A stretch of 57,089 nucleotides of DNA, filler included, from Sphacelaria rigidula (taxonomy: Eukaryota), in the NCBI GenBank assembly GCA_964200075.2. It is 8 parts of 8 records of this genome, joined end to end, with 100 filler letters (N's around TTAATTAATTAA, not from the genome) between each part and the next. Parts side by side here need not be neighbours in the genome. Positions count along the whole stretch, not along the records: positions 1 to 7,049 come from CAXNAA020016759.1; positions 7,150 to 14,198 come from CAXNAA020016760.1; 6 more parts are not named here. One strand, written 5' to 3'. The position numbers and the translations under genes were made by a program. The notes under the pieces are model-generated. The model saw only the letters and a list, made by a program, of their open reading frames with translations, was not told where the DNA came from and did not search any database. Shown piece after piece: positions 1 through 11,700 of the stretch. Within the stretch, counting starts at the first letter, position 1. Each line of letters begins with the position of its first letter.

Positions 1-49
1 ATAATAATGATAATAATAATAATAATAATAATAATAATAGTAATAATAA
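1..49 (+). repeat. (ATA)n microsatellite at contig start
   Basis: ataataatgataataataat... read directly. Confidence 0.9.
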
Positions 50-134
50 CCATGCCCATGCTGTATGGAGTATATTGCATGCGTGCTATAAAGGCTGCAC
101 AGCATATTTACAGTGATGGATTCTACACGGAGTG

Positions 135-481
135 ACGAAACCCTGTGCAGCGCCCTGTGTGGTACAAAATAATACCCTACATTGAAATCCCCACTAGAAA
201 CCCTGCACAGTTTCCCTGAACTCTGTGAAGCGTCCTGTGGGGCGCAAAAAAAAAACTACAGCCAGATCCCCGCGAGAAACACTGCACAGTTTCCGTGAAC
301 CCTCTAGACGTGCCTCACAGGGTTCTATTTGTCCACGTGTGCATGACCACTGTAGAAAAATCCTGTGGAGCGCCTGTGCTACGCTGGAAAACACTGTACA
401 GTAGAATTCCCGCCAGAAACACTGCGCAGGGTACGTAAACCATGTAGACCCCCTACACAGGGTGCTATCTGTCCACGTGTG
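135..481. repeat. Degenerate local tandem repeat (GAAAC(A/C)CTG motif; ~141-bp duplication)
   Basis: 268-340 and 409-481 are similar copies (cccgc.agaaacactgc...cacaggg..ctat.tgtccacgtgtg); gaaaccctg also occurs at ~137 and ~197. Confidence 0.6.
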
Positions 482-1537
482 AGCGGAGCAAGACAATTGT
501 CACGAAATATTTTGATGGGTTGAGTAGACGACGGACTCGAGTGGGGCGCTGCACCTCCGTGCTTGTCGTTATTCATTCAGATGTCACCCGCTGGTGTACA
601 GCTTTATCTGAACCTTCTCTCTCTAAATCTCAGCCCTAAGCCCCAACTATAGAGCTTACAATATAGAGCTGCGGAGCCGTTCTGGCTCGACTGAATACTG
701 GCTACAGTACTGGTTCGCGGACCGTTACTGTTGGTAATTTGTACTGAACCGTGCTGGCTCCTACCAGGCTGGTCGACTACATGCCTGAGAATCCACGTAT
801 GGGATCTATGTCCGATACATGATCCGCATAAATTTGACTCACCTTTTGCGATGTCATGCGCAGTTGGTGTGGAAGAATCACGCCCTCCCCGGCCGGGCCC
901 CACGTTTTCAGCAGCAGCTATCGGGGTTCCAGCAGTATCATCACTTGTTGTAGCTTCAACGCAAATGCGCAACAGAAAAGTCTACATTGAGCAAGAAGAG
1001 AGGGCTACATATTACACCTTAAGCTACAGGAAAGATGATGTGCTCACTTTGACTTTCGGATGCGGCCTGTGTGAATCTAGAAGTGATGAAAAAACGTAAT
1101 GCTGGTGATGGTGTACGATTCTGCTGTAGCATGTACCGTACACTTCTGTCCTGTCCTGCCCTTTCCTGTGGTGTACTGCATCGCAGTGCCGGGCTGTTGC
1201 ATGGTGCGGTACACCACGGTGTTCCGCAGTGTACCGCGGACGGCACTGCACTTTTCTGTCCTGTTCCATGTAGGACTAGATTGTACGTTTTTGTTGTTGT
1301 GCTTTGTTATTTTTCACCTCTTGTGATCTTTCAGATGAACCCACGTCTCGCTCTCTTTGACTATTTTCTGTTTGAAGACTTAGATCATGACGGGCACATG
1401 TCTCAGCTGTTTTTTTTGTTTCTCGTTCCTCATCCATCTCTTGGTATTTGAGCACCCCCCCCCCTCCTCCCTCCCCTCTCCCCCGCCGTACCCACCGTTT
1501 TGTTGAACACCTGTTGTTTGTCTTTGTTCTCGTAAAG

Positions 1538-1647
1538 AACTGACTGGCGTGTTCGACTGGAACAGGAAAGGTGAAGGTGAAGGTGAAGATGAAGATGGAG
1601 CAGAACCAGGAACGGAGAACGACCGAAAGCCCCGAGAATCTCGGGAG
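1538..1647 (+). CDS. Possible internal exon of an unknown protein (ELTGVFDWNRKGEGEGEDEDGAEPGTENDRKPRESRE)
   Basis: Pyrimidine-rich tract and AG at 1536-37, GT at 1648, open frame with coding-like composition; no homology recognised. Confidence 0.25.
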
Positions 1648-4600
1648 GTGACTGATTTACTTTGAACGTTTGGATATATCCGCCAATGGGTCTCTGTGTC
1701 TTTGTGGGGTGATGCACTTGGTATGTTAGAGTTTGTGCGCCGACCAGTTGGGTTTCCGTACATGGGTTGCTAGACAATGGTAGGGCAGGGTCAGTTACCT
1801 CTCAAACGATAGCTCAAGGCCCTTGAAAACTTAATACTATTGCGAATACTCTGGGTAAAACCGAGGGTACCTCGATTGCGATATCCTAGGGCAACCTCTT
1901 TGGATGTTAGTTGGCTTGATCATTCCCCCGCTCCCTCTTTTTACCACCCTCCTCCCTTCTTTACCCACTGAAGAGTGTAATGGTAGGAAGATAACCCGTG
2001 ATGGTGATGTTGAGTCGGAACCATTTCTAGGCCTCCAAACTGAGACAAGTTCTTGCTGTTTGTAGCAATAGTGATATTTTTACCTAAAATAGTCAAATTG
2101 GTGCAAGTGTGTCGAGGACTCCCCACGTGTTTACTTGAACGCGCTGTCCTGACCTCGTGATATAATTCGAAAATGCGTATATTTCCCTGTGCATTTTGAT
2201 CCGTTTGATGAGCTTCATTTCACCTGTATCAAGTTTCTGATATGTTTGTTCCGATGCAGCAGTTCGCACGTGCTCGTGGTGGGGTAGGGAGCAAAGTAAG
2301 GTATTTTGAGGTCTCGATACCCGGAATACGTTGGATTACGTTCGGGGTACTTTCGACGGTCGATGCCCTGTGTCCCCTGGATTGCTGATTGATCATCTCC
2401 GGCAGTCAGTACAGTAGTCTGCGTCCAGTCGAGCACCGGGTACTGTACTACTCCGAGTACCGTGCCCCCGGGATGACGGGTATCCCAGGGTACGTATCAT
2501 GCTCGGATCACCTTTGTTGCTACTGGACAAGGTGCGTATAGCCTGAGCCTGTGTAAACACACTCTCTTTTGGCTGCCCTCAATGACTGGCCCTCGTCTTC
2601 AGCGTTACAATTGAATAGTGTATATACATATGCCCAGGTAAAGTCGACAATAACCTCGAATCTAGAGGCGCCGGCAGAAGGGTACATGGCGGTGGATCTG
2701 TTGAAGCGACCCCTTGCTGGGGGGAAGGTTCGGGAAGCGAGAGCTAAGCAGCTCACACACGCAGGCACGGGCGGGAAGTCTCGAAGCGAAATAAACGTAG
2801 TATGCGGATGCGTCGGTGGGTCGGTTGGCTGGTTGATTGAGTGATTCGCTTCAAGTAGCTGGTCCTACCGACTGAGGTGGTAATGTTTTGTTGCCAAAAA
2901 ATCACGAGTTCGCTCTCGCGTTTCGTCGATTGATGATTGCGTCGATCATAACGGATCCAACACAAATCTGGCCGGGGTCGAAATATGATACACGTACGTG
3001 CTCGAGGCGAAGGAAACCAAACACTCCGCTAGAGGGACCTCGAGTGCGGTATTGCTCGCACGGTATTGTGCAGTGGATAATATGCTTCACTGCGGTGTGA
3101 TATACCACAATACCCTGTGCTGTGCGATATCGTGGTAAAATGCCTTGTGCTCCGATACGACACTCTCCGGATACACGCGGCCTAAGAGCCCATAACATGG
3201 GACTCCACACACAGCACGCCTTTGTGATGCGGTACACCGCACGTTTCATGCTGAACAAATATCACAATGACCCCATTCTTGTATAGCCTTGTGTAACGCG
3301 AAACTCTTCCCAACAAGCCGCTGGCGAGACTACACCAGCGAGCAACAAAGCAATCCAATGTGCAACTGACCGATCGCTTGAACAGTACCCACCGAATGCT
3401 GTACGAGTTAAACGTTAGCTCTTTGCGCTTATTTTTTATTCGTTTCGTCTATCCTAGTTTCGACCGCCTGCCCCAGATTGCTGTTGGTGAGCCCATAATA
3501 TCATGGTTTCGAGGGAATATCAAGGGATCAACCAACCCATCTCTGCCTGGGTACATACCGGAAACATTGACGTATCACACTCAACCAGCCCTCCCGCGGC
3601 CTTTCCCACCCCCCATACTACAATAAAGCCAACAACGCGTGGGATAAAAAAAAATGGTGCGCTCTCCAAGCAAGGCTTACGTTCATAAGAGCTTAGCCCC
3701 AGCCCCTCACCCTGCCCTGTCGAGGGAGAGTTGCGTAGGTGGATCGATCCTTGAGATGATGGACGCGTGCCAAGTAAAGCACCGGAGGAAATAACCTTTT
3801 CAGTGCCCACGATGGACTTCTGGATATCACAGACGCGTTTCAAGTAATAGTGATGCTGATTCAATACATGGACTCGTCTTGTCGATCAGGGGGTCGAAAT
3901 TTCAGTATGACGAAGAGAAAAGGAGTGAAACCCCAGCAACTGAACACCCCTTCCGACCCCCTCCCGACCCCCTTCCCCGCTCCCGCGAGCGCCACCCTAC
4001 CGTGTCGTCGGTTGGTGCTCAGCGCGGTTTTGGAGGTCGCCCGTGATATTCCCTATCTTCCACGGTGTGCACTACGATGCTGGCAGCTCTGCTGGCCGTC
4101 ACTGTGGACGTCGGCGTCTCACGAGATGCCGCATGTATCGCCGGGGCTGATAGGTTGTGATGGCGATGACGATGGTTGGTGGTGGACGTCCTGTCACATA
4201 TAAGTTCGTCTGTGACGTGATGGTGGAAAACACAACATGGGAGTAAAAACTGTTGAAAGCCACGTTCTTATCATGCAATGGGATGCATCTCGTGTTCTTG
4301 GGATTGTAGTTTCAAATCGAGAAAAAGGTTAAGCCGTTTGATCGTGGTATGAATGATGACGGACGTCGGATGAATCGTTATGTAATCGCAACACGTGGAC
4401 TGTGAAGAGCGGTGCTCGACCCTTGCACACACGCCTCGTATAAGCGTGAACATATTGGATGGGTAGAAAATGAGGAGCTTTCACGCGGAGAGCGTAGCGT
4501 TGTGTGAGCTGGCCCTTCCCTGGTCCACTTGCGAAGAAAACAATATGGTACAATGGCTGAAATTTGGATCTTTCGGCACCAAGGCACTTTGCTTGTAGGG

Positions 4601-4699
4601 GCATTCGAGCTCGGCAGTTACCGTCGCCCTGGGTTATTACGGTACACGTCGTGGCGAACGGACGTAGTTGCGGAGAGGGAGTGGGGGGGGGGGGGGGGG

Positions 4700-6925
4700 G
4701 GCTTGCTCGCGTAGAGGAGACCGAAGTTGGAACCTGGTTTCGCCCTGGGTGATATACCACATTATCCTGTATGGTACGCCTCATGGTAGACGTTATTGTC
4801 GCTCGAGGGCGGGAAGCGAGAGGGTGGGGGTTCTCTCGTGAAGAAAGTCGAACTTATATTATTTTGTCGCTCTGGGTGTGACTCCGCATATTCCTCCTTA
4901 TATGCGTCATGGGCTGGCGGAATTTTGCGTATTGGAGGGGTTGGAGGCTCCGCGGGGCGAGGGGGCTTGTACAAAGTCGAGCTTGGGGTTCGATGTCGCC
5001 CTGATGGCATACGCGTAGGAGTAGAGGCTATTGGAGAAGAAGGGCGTGCTTGTGGAGAAAATGCGGCGTGATAGTTCTGTCGCCCAGGGTGGTATACGCC
5101 GTATGCGTCGTAGTAGGCGGGGTTTGCAGCAGAAGGGGGTCCGGGGGCCTGGGACGGGAGGGTTGGGTTGTTGCGGAAGTCAAACTTGAGATTTGTCGAC
5201 GCCCTGGAGGCATACGCCTGGGAACGGGGACGGGAAAGGAAGTTTGATAGTGGAGAGCGAGTCGAGGATGGGGTTTGTTGTCACCTAGGCGATTCATGCA
5301 GTGGAAGGGGGATGGGAAAGAAGAGAGTATGCTCATGAAGTGAAGTTTGGGATTTGTCCTCGTCCTGTGAGGTATACTCCGTGTTATCACCTATGATATA
5401 GCACATACTGTAGCAGGCCGAGTATCCGTAGGGCGAGGAGCGGGTGTAAAGGGATGAGGGTTTGCCTCCGTAAGAAGTCGAGGTTAGAATTTGTTGTCGC
5501 CCTGCGTGGTGCACACGTGAGAGGGCAGGGCAGGAAGGGAGAGGGCTAGCTCTTGGAAGAATTTGGGCTTCAAATGTTCTGGCGCCCTAGGTGAGGTATT
5601 CCGTATGTCACCTATGGTTTGCCGCGAGGCATGCGGAACTGGCATGCAGAGATAGAGGGGGTGAGGGGCTGGGCTTGGGTGTTCGAGAAGTCAGGGTTGG
5701 GACTCGTTGTCGCCTTTGGTGGTGTAGGTGTGAGGCGGCAGACAGGAACGTGAAATACCTGCCTCGTGAAGGAAGTCGAGGTCGGGCTTTGTTGGCGCCC
5801 TGAGTGGAGTACTGCGGACGTGGCATGTGGTATCTTGCGTGACGGGCGGAGTTGATGTATGGAAGTGGAGAATGGGGGGCAGAGCTCGCTTGTTAGGGAC
5901 GCAGAGGTTGGGATCCGTTGTCGCCCTGCGCGTCGTACACGCGAGAGGCGGGCAGGGATAAGAGGGGGCCCTGTCGTGGAAGTAGCGAAGCTTGGGTTTG
6001 TGTCGCGCCCTGGTGGTGTCGGCTTGAGAGGGCAGGTGGGGATGGGAGGCGGCTGGCTCGTGCAGAAAGTCGATCTCGGGATTCGTTGGCGCTCTGGGTG
6101 AGGTACTCCACATATCATCCATGGTACGTCGCGCGGCGGGCAGAATTGACGTATGGGGGTGGAAGAGGAGAGGGGAAAGCGCTTCTTTGTTGGGCAAGTA
6201 GAGTCTAGGATTTGTTGTTGCCCTAGTGTTGTACGCGTGAGAGGGCGGACGGGGATGGTGGAGGTTGGGCTCTTGGCGAAATGAGGTTGCGATTGTTCGG
6301 TGCAAGGAGCTTGGCACTCCGTATATAGCGTATGTCGCGTGGCAGGCGGAATTGACGTGTGTGGGATGGAGAGGGGGCACCGGGCTAGCTTGCTGCGGAG
6401 GTGGAGGTGGTTGAGATCCGTTGTCGCCCCGGTGGCGTACGCGTGAGAGGACAGGAAGGGATGGCAGAGCGCTGGCTCGTGGAGAAAGTCGAGATTTTGA
6501 TTTTTGTGGCGCCTCGAGGGAGGGACTTTGTACATGGCCTTTGTTATGCTGCGTTGCGGGCGGACTCGACGACGTGTGAGGGATTTGAGGAGGGGGACAG
6601 GAAAGCTTGCTGAGGGAATCGAGGTTGGGATCCGTTGTTGCCCTGGCGGTGTGCACGTGAGAGGGCAGGCGGGGATGGCAGAGCGTTGGCTCGTGGAGAA
6701 GGTCGAGATTTTGATTTGTGTGGCGCCTCGAGGGAGGAACTTTGTATATGGCCTTTGTTATATGTCGCGTTGCGTGCGGACTCGACGACGTGTGAGGGAT
6801 GTGAGGAGGGGAACAGGGCATGCTTGCTGAGGAGGTAGAGGTTGGGATCCGTTGTTGCCCTGGCGGTGTGCACGTGAGAGGGCAGGCAGGGATGTTAGAG
6901 CGCTGGCTCGTGGAGAAAGTCGAGA
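4700..6925. repeat. Degenerate tandem satellite, ~215-bp unit built from ~75-bp subrepeats
   Basis: Core gaggttgggatccgttgt(c/t)gccctg recurs at ~4982, 5184, 5267, 5483, 5696, 5907, 6204, 6410, 6624 and 6841; the last units are nearly identical. Confidence 0.85.
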
Positions 6926-7049
6926 TAACAGCAAATTGTGCGAATTGAGGTTCAACTCTGAATCGAGGCTCAAGTGGGCAACCCGACTTGCGAACGGTTT
7001 GTAGCAGAAGTACCGAGGACAAGCTCTTATTCGGAAGAAATAACCTGTG

Positions 7050-7149
7050 NNNNNNNNNNNNNNNNNNNNNNNNNNNNNNNNNNNNNNNNNNNNTTAATTA
7101 ATTAANNNNNNNNNNNNNNNNNNNNNNNNNNNNNNNNNNNNNNNNNNNN
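7050..7149. other. Assembly spacer N44-TTAATTAATTAA-N44
   Basis: Identical 100-nt spacers also at 14199-14298, 21348-21447, 28497-28596, 35646-35745, 42794-42893 and 49942-50041. Confidence 0.98.
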
Positions 7150-7261
7150 GGAGGTTCCTCGATTAGGAGTAGGAACGGTGCTCCGTCTCGAAAGGGATGC
7201 ATGGTCAATGGCCGAACGACTAATGCAAGCAATAAATGACCCCCCCCCCCCCTCCCCCCAC
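7150..7261 (+). mobile_element. 5'-truncated LINE 3' end (family A) followed by a C-run
   Basis: gtgctccgtctcgaaagggatgcatggtcaatgg...gcaagcaataaatga followed by poly-C; homologous to 27420-27533. Confidence 0.7.
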
Positions 7262-8797
7262 CGGAGACTCGATAATGAGAGACGATGAGAAAAAAACTTG
7301 ATCGTCCGAGAGAAATCTTAATCCTACTATTGGTGCAGAATTTACTATCGTCATTATCTATGGTATCTGGGGGGTATCCCGCCTCAACACGGCTTCACCC
7401 CCTCCTCCTTCTCCCCACCCCCCTTCAAGCTTTACTTTTAATGATCTCTGTCTTAAGTTGAAGGGGTGAGTATTGGTCTGCAGTTGGAACCTCTTGGCCG
7501 AACAGGTTTGAATTGATTTTCGGATATATAGAAGAGCGTATCTGCTGCGCCCATCACCAGTTTGTACGATATAGGGGGTACAAAAGAGTTAGATTTTGCG
7601 ATGACATTGCTACAACAATATTTATATGACAGTACTGCGGAGCACCAAGAGATTAATGTTTATGTGCACACTTGATCCTTTTGACCTCACGGTGCCTTGT
7701 TTCCTTGGGGGGTGTTGAAGAACGTGACACCAACGAGGCAAACACTACTGTACTGTTGTTGTATTGCTGTAGTCAGATGTAGTGTTTTGTGTTATTTCGA
7801 TATCGCCCCTACGTCTTAGACAATGACAGTCATTGTTTCACAGCTACGCACGGATCATTTTGATGGCATGGGGTGGTTCGCACTCCGGCTTTCGCATACC
7901 TCGCATGGGACCGCTCTGCTCAGTAGCGTACCGGGCGATACTGTGTTGTCTGCACCTGAAACTCTACGGGCTGTACAGACCTAACTAGTTATGTAAATGG
8001 AAATTGCAATGCTGTATCACTTTGTAATCCACACACAAGATGCAAGATTTAGACTACATCTGAGCTCACTTTGCGTGAAAAGCGCTCGAGGGATCCTGCA
8101 TCTTCTCCCGGTCTCCTGTCTGTGTGTGTTCATCTTGATTTCAGTCACTAGGATATCATTTTTCATCAACCGCGGGTCTGACAAACTCGAGAGATCGCAC
8201 GATGTGACGGACGGCCTACGCTACAGTAGTAGTCCTATAACGAGATATGAGCACGAGCTCAAGTTACTGCTGGGTGTGCTTCATCAACAAAGCAGGAGAG
8301 GCCATCTGATTGCCGCAGGGGAGAATAATTAGAGCCACTCCCAAGCTCATTTTGTACGCATCTGTGCGTGAGACGGCAGCCTTTATCTCTTCGTGTAGCT
8401 AGTACGAGTGTAGTGTCTGGAGGCGACCAATTACGAGTATATATTTTCAGATTAATTATTTTTGCTGTTGTGCGAACAGAACCAAGTTGCAGCAGAGTAA
8501 GCTGACGTTCGAGTTCGCGCTTCACCACTGTCGACATTTTCTCTTCACCGCACTACCAAGCGGGAGACGAAGGGGAAATCACCCTGTACCAGCTACGCGC
8601 AAACCTGGTCCGCCGAGGGCGGGGTTGCAGCTCTTGTGAAGTACTTTGTAGGTATATATTCTGGGTTAGAGCTGGCGAGGACACCATCTCAAACTTGGCT
8701 TCGATTGGTATCAATTTGCCGGAGGTTTCATTTTGTTCAATTTGGAGGCGGAGGGCGGTGAGGACTGTGCGTGGAGCATCACGGGCCGGCGGATGCG

Positions 8798-11700
8798 ATG
8801 GGAGATTCCTATCGACGAAGCGTGTGAGTTGTGCCTGATTACTATGGTGCCATTGTGGGGGGATAAGTATCAGGGTTGGGGGAAGGGGGGGCGGAGGTGA
8901 TTTTTCTGTTCAAGAATTGGGCGGGGAGATCGGTGTGACGCATTGACTCGACGAACCGCAACGAGAGGGGCAATTCCGGGTGTTATCAGCCGAAGAGAGC
9001 GGGTATGCACGACATGAAATTATTGTTGTACACAACGTATTTGCTCACTGTTTTGTGATTCAACATTGGGCCAATTGTAGAAGGTAATGCTACTTTACTT
9101 GATGGATTGCACCCGTCGTCTCGAGCAGGATTTGACGAAGTCATGTTGTGGCGATTGTGTGCACTCTGTACTTCATGAGAAAAAGTAGGAAGAAGAAAAT
9201 AATTCTCTTTCAAAAATATTTATGTTGCTTTCCCCCTCACGGCTTATGGTACAACAGCTCGCCGCTGTGTGCGGCACGGTGGTGTGTGTGCAAAGTGCTA
9301 TATAAGGGTGCACTAGGTTTTCAGACTGCGCAATGTTTGCACCCCAATGATAATTCACTACTGCGTTTGTTCTATCCCGGACTACTCTGCAACCTCCTGC
9401 GAAACACGGGGGTGCACATGACATTGCAGCAAAATCTTCATCGGCGGCCTCTCGTTTGAAACGACCGATGAGGCTCTGAAGCGGTATTTCGAGCAGTTTG
9501 GGCCGGTAGCGGACGCGATCGTTATGAAGGATGCGGTTTCTCGACGATCTCGAGGGTTTGGCTTCATCACGTACATGAATACAGCCAGCGTGGACGCAGC
9601 TCTATCGATGGAACAGCACATTGTGGACAACCGCAGAGTGGAAGCCAAGCGCGCAGTTCCACGATCTGAAGTTCCAAAGGTATCGTTATATTTTATTTTA
9701 TGCACGCACGAATGTGGAAATTCACCATATGTTCACGCAAAGCTGTCCCGTGCCGATTGATGAACTCAATCACCTGCAGTACCTCAGCTACTGTACTATC
9801 CTGTAATGTACATCTTCATGCCGTCTGATAAGCCGTACCGACAACAGTATGATTCAGTATCGGAGTTGTACAGACTGTTTCTGTTCTACAATATGCTGTC
9901 GATACTCTCCGTGCTGCACTATTTTGCTGCACTACCACTACAGTTGTGCTGTACTTGTAACTTCGCCGCCTTCTCTGTCTCTTTCGCAATCTCAGTTGTG
10001 TGCATGTACAATAGTACTAGTACTCATACGATGAATGTCGGGTTCAGAATATTATTGCACGCACGCTCTCGGCCATCGCAATGAAACATGCGAGGTCCAT
10101 GCGTGATTACACCTCACTATGCTTACTGTCTCGTCTCTAGTGTCGGCCCATGAAACGAAGGTCACGCCCCCCTGCTTGTTAGTCGCGATGGGGGGCATGT
10201 ACAACAATCTCCTAGCCCCTCTTTTTTTTTTCTTAGCTGGAACCTGTAGCGCCGTGTAGGTTACTGTTGGAATAGTGCGGTCTGCCCTGTATCGCGAGTG
10301 CGCAGAAACGAACATCCGTGAGGAGTTCTTCGCTACTCAGGGGTGGATGGCACATCGCAGCAACGTATGCGTAGACAGAGTTGGTCGTACTGTACTTGTC
10401 TCTGTCTCGTTCTCCACTTTTCTCATTACTGACGCCCCAATAGTCTCGCAGGCAGTTTGTTGAGGCCGGAAGATAGATACCCCGCTGGCCACACAAGAGC
10501 CAACGCTATGTCTCCTGCATTTTTTCTGTCGCGCCCTTGGCGTGCCATGAGCATCTCCGACTTTGCTGCTTGTTGTTGATGATTTGCAGGAGATAACTCG
10601 AGTGTTGCATTCAGTATTTCAGCACAGTCAGCACTTGGAGTGGAGGCCCAAAATGGACGTATCGCTCGTTCGTTCGTTCAGTAATTTCCCCGTAGTCTTG
10701 GAAGACGGAACATAAATTAGTGTACTCAATATCTGTAGGCACTGTTGTGTTATTCAGTTCGAGTTCTTGTGTTGAAGAGATGTCTATCGAGCTGCCGCCG
10801 ATGCTGTCGCCGATTGTCCAAGAACAGCAGCTCCGACTGGTCGATGGTGACTCATCCCTTCCCTCTGACTCCGTTATGATCTCGACTGCAGATGGAGTCT
10901 TCGTTGACAGCATCGCCGTTGCTTCAACCTGCACAAACCGGATGGGACGGGGGTGTTGGGGTGGAAGGATACGTCCTCCGCGGCGTACCAGATCAGCAGC
11001 GAACGCGATCCAATAGTACTGTTAGTGCCAGCAGCATGGGTGGGCTAATTGGATCGGACGGGGCGCCAGTGGCGAACAAGGTACGTTTACAGGGCATGTT
11101 GTTGATCAAGCCCAAGTTATACACGTCAAGCGGGTTTTCCCGCACGTCCTCTGGGAGGCGCTTTGCGCCCAAAACGCCTCGTGACGGCGGAGGTATATGG
11201 GATTTTCCTGCATTTCTTGAAACTTCAAGTTCAACCACGTGTCCCAAGCGCAGGCAATAGACTGCACGCAACACTGGTGGGATACTCCGCTATCACTAAC
11301 ACGGTAACGAGGCCACTAGTACCAGTTTATTAGGTTGGAGTGTTGAAGTCAGCTAACGGGGTAAATATTTACCTGTGAGCACTTCTGTCCGCAAAACCAC
11401 ATCCATCCCAAGTTGACCTGTTCCCACGTCTCGCGTCTTGCTCGACCTCGAAAGCCCAAACAACAACCAAATCAAATTGACCTCCTCCCCCTGTGTTTGT
11501 CTTGCGATGGTGTAGTGTATTGGTTTACTAAATGTACATTAGTTCACAGCCTCCGACGATGGCTCCCTGTGGTGCACGTGTCAGCCGGATTTTTTCTCAT
11601 TATATTCCGTCCCTCGTACGGGTATGACTTCTGTGAAACGTTGCGTCCAACAGCTTAGTTTTGCCGCCAAATGCAGTGCACGCAAAATACTCCGGCTATC

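Noticed and set aside
4700..6925. CRISPR-like array
   Set aside because: Inter-repeat sequences are themselves homologous, repeats are degenerate, the context is eukaryotic and no cas genes are present
5612..7022. Long minus-strand ORFs (443 aa and 307 aa)
   Set aside because: They read the C-rich strand of the satellite; overlapping frames are open simultaneously, and the peptide is repetitive with no domain
7094..7105. TTAATTAATTAA as a biological motif
   Set aside because: Always centred in 100-nt N blocks; an artificial six-frame stop linker
8793..8824. Alternative RRM first exon MRWEIPIDEAC joining KIFIGG (resembles Musashi DPCKMF)
   Set aside because: Needs a non-canonical junction; the GT at 8824 and AG at 9428-29 are out of phase for this frame
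10590..10613. 24-nt micro-exon (EITRVLHS) in the RRM linker
   Set aside because: Good acceptor but weak donor; not needed for the frame; cannot be supported without RNA data
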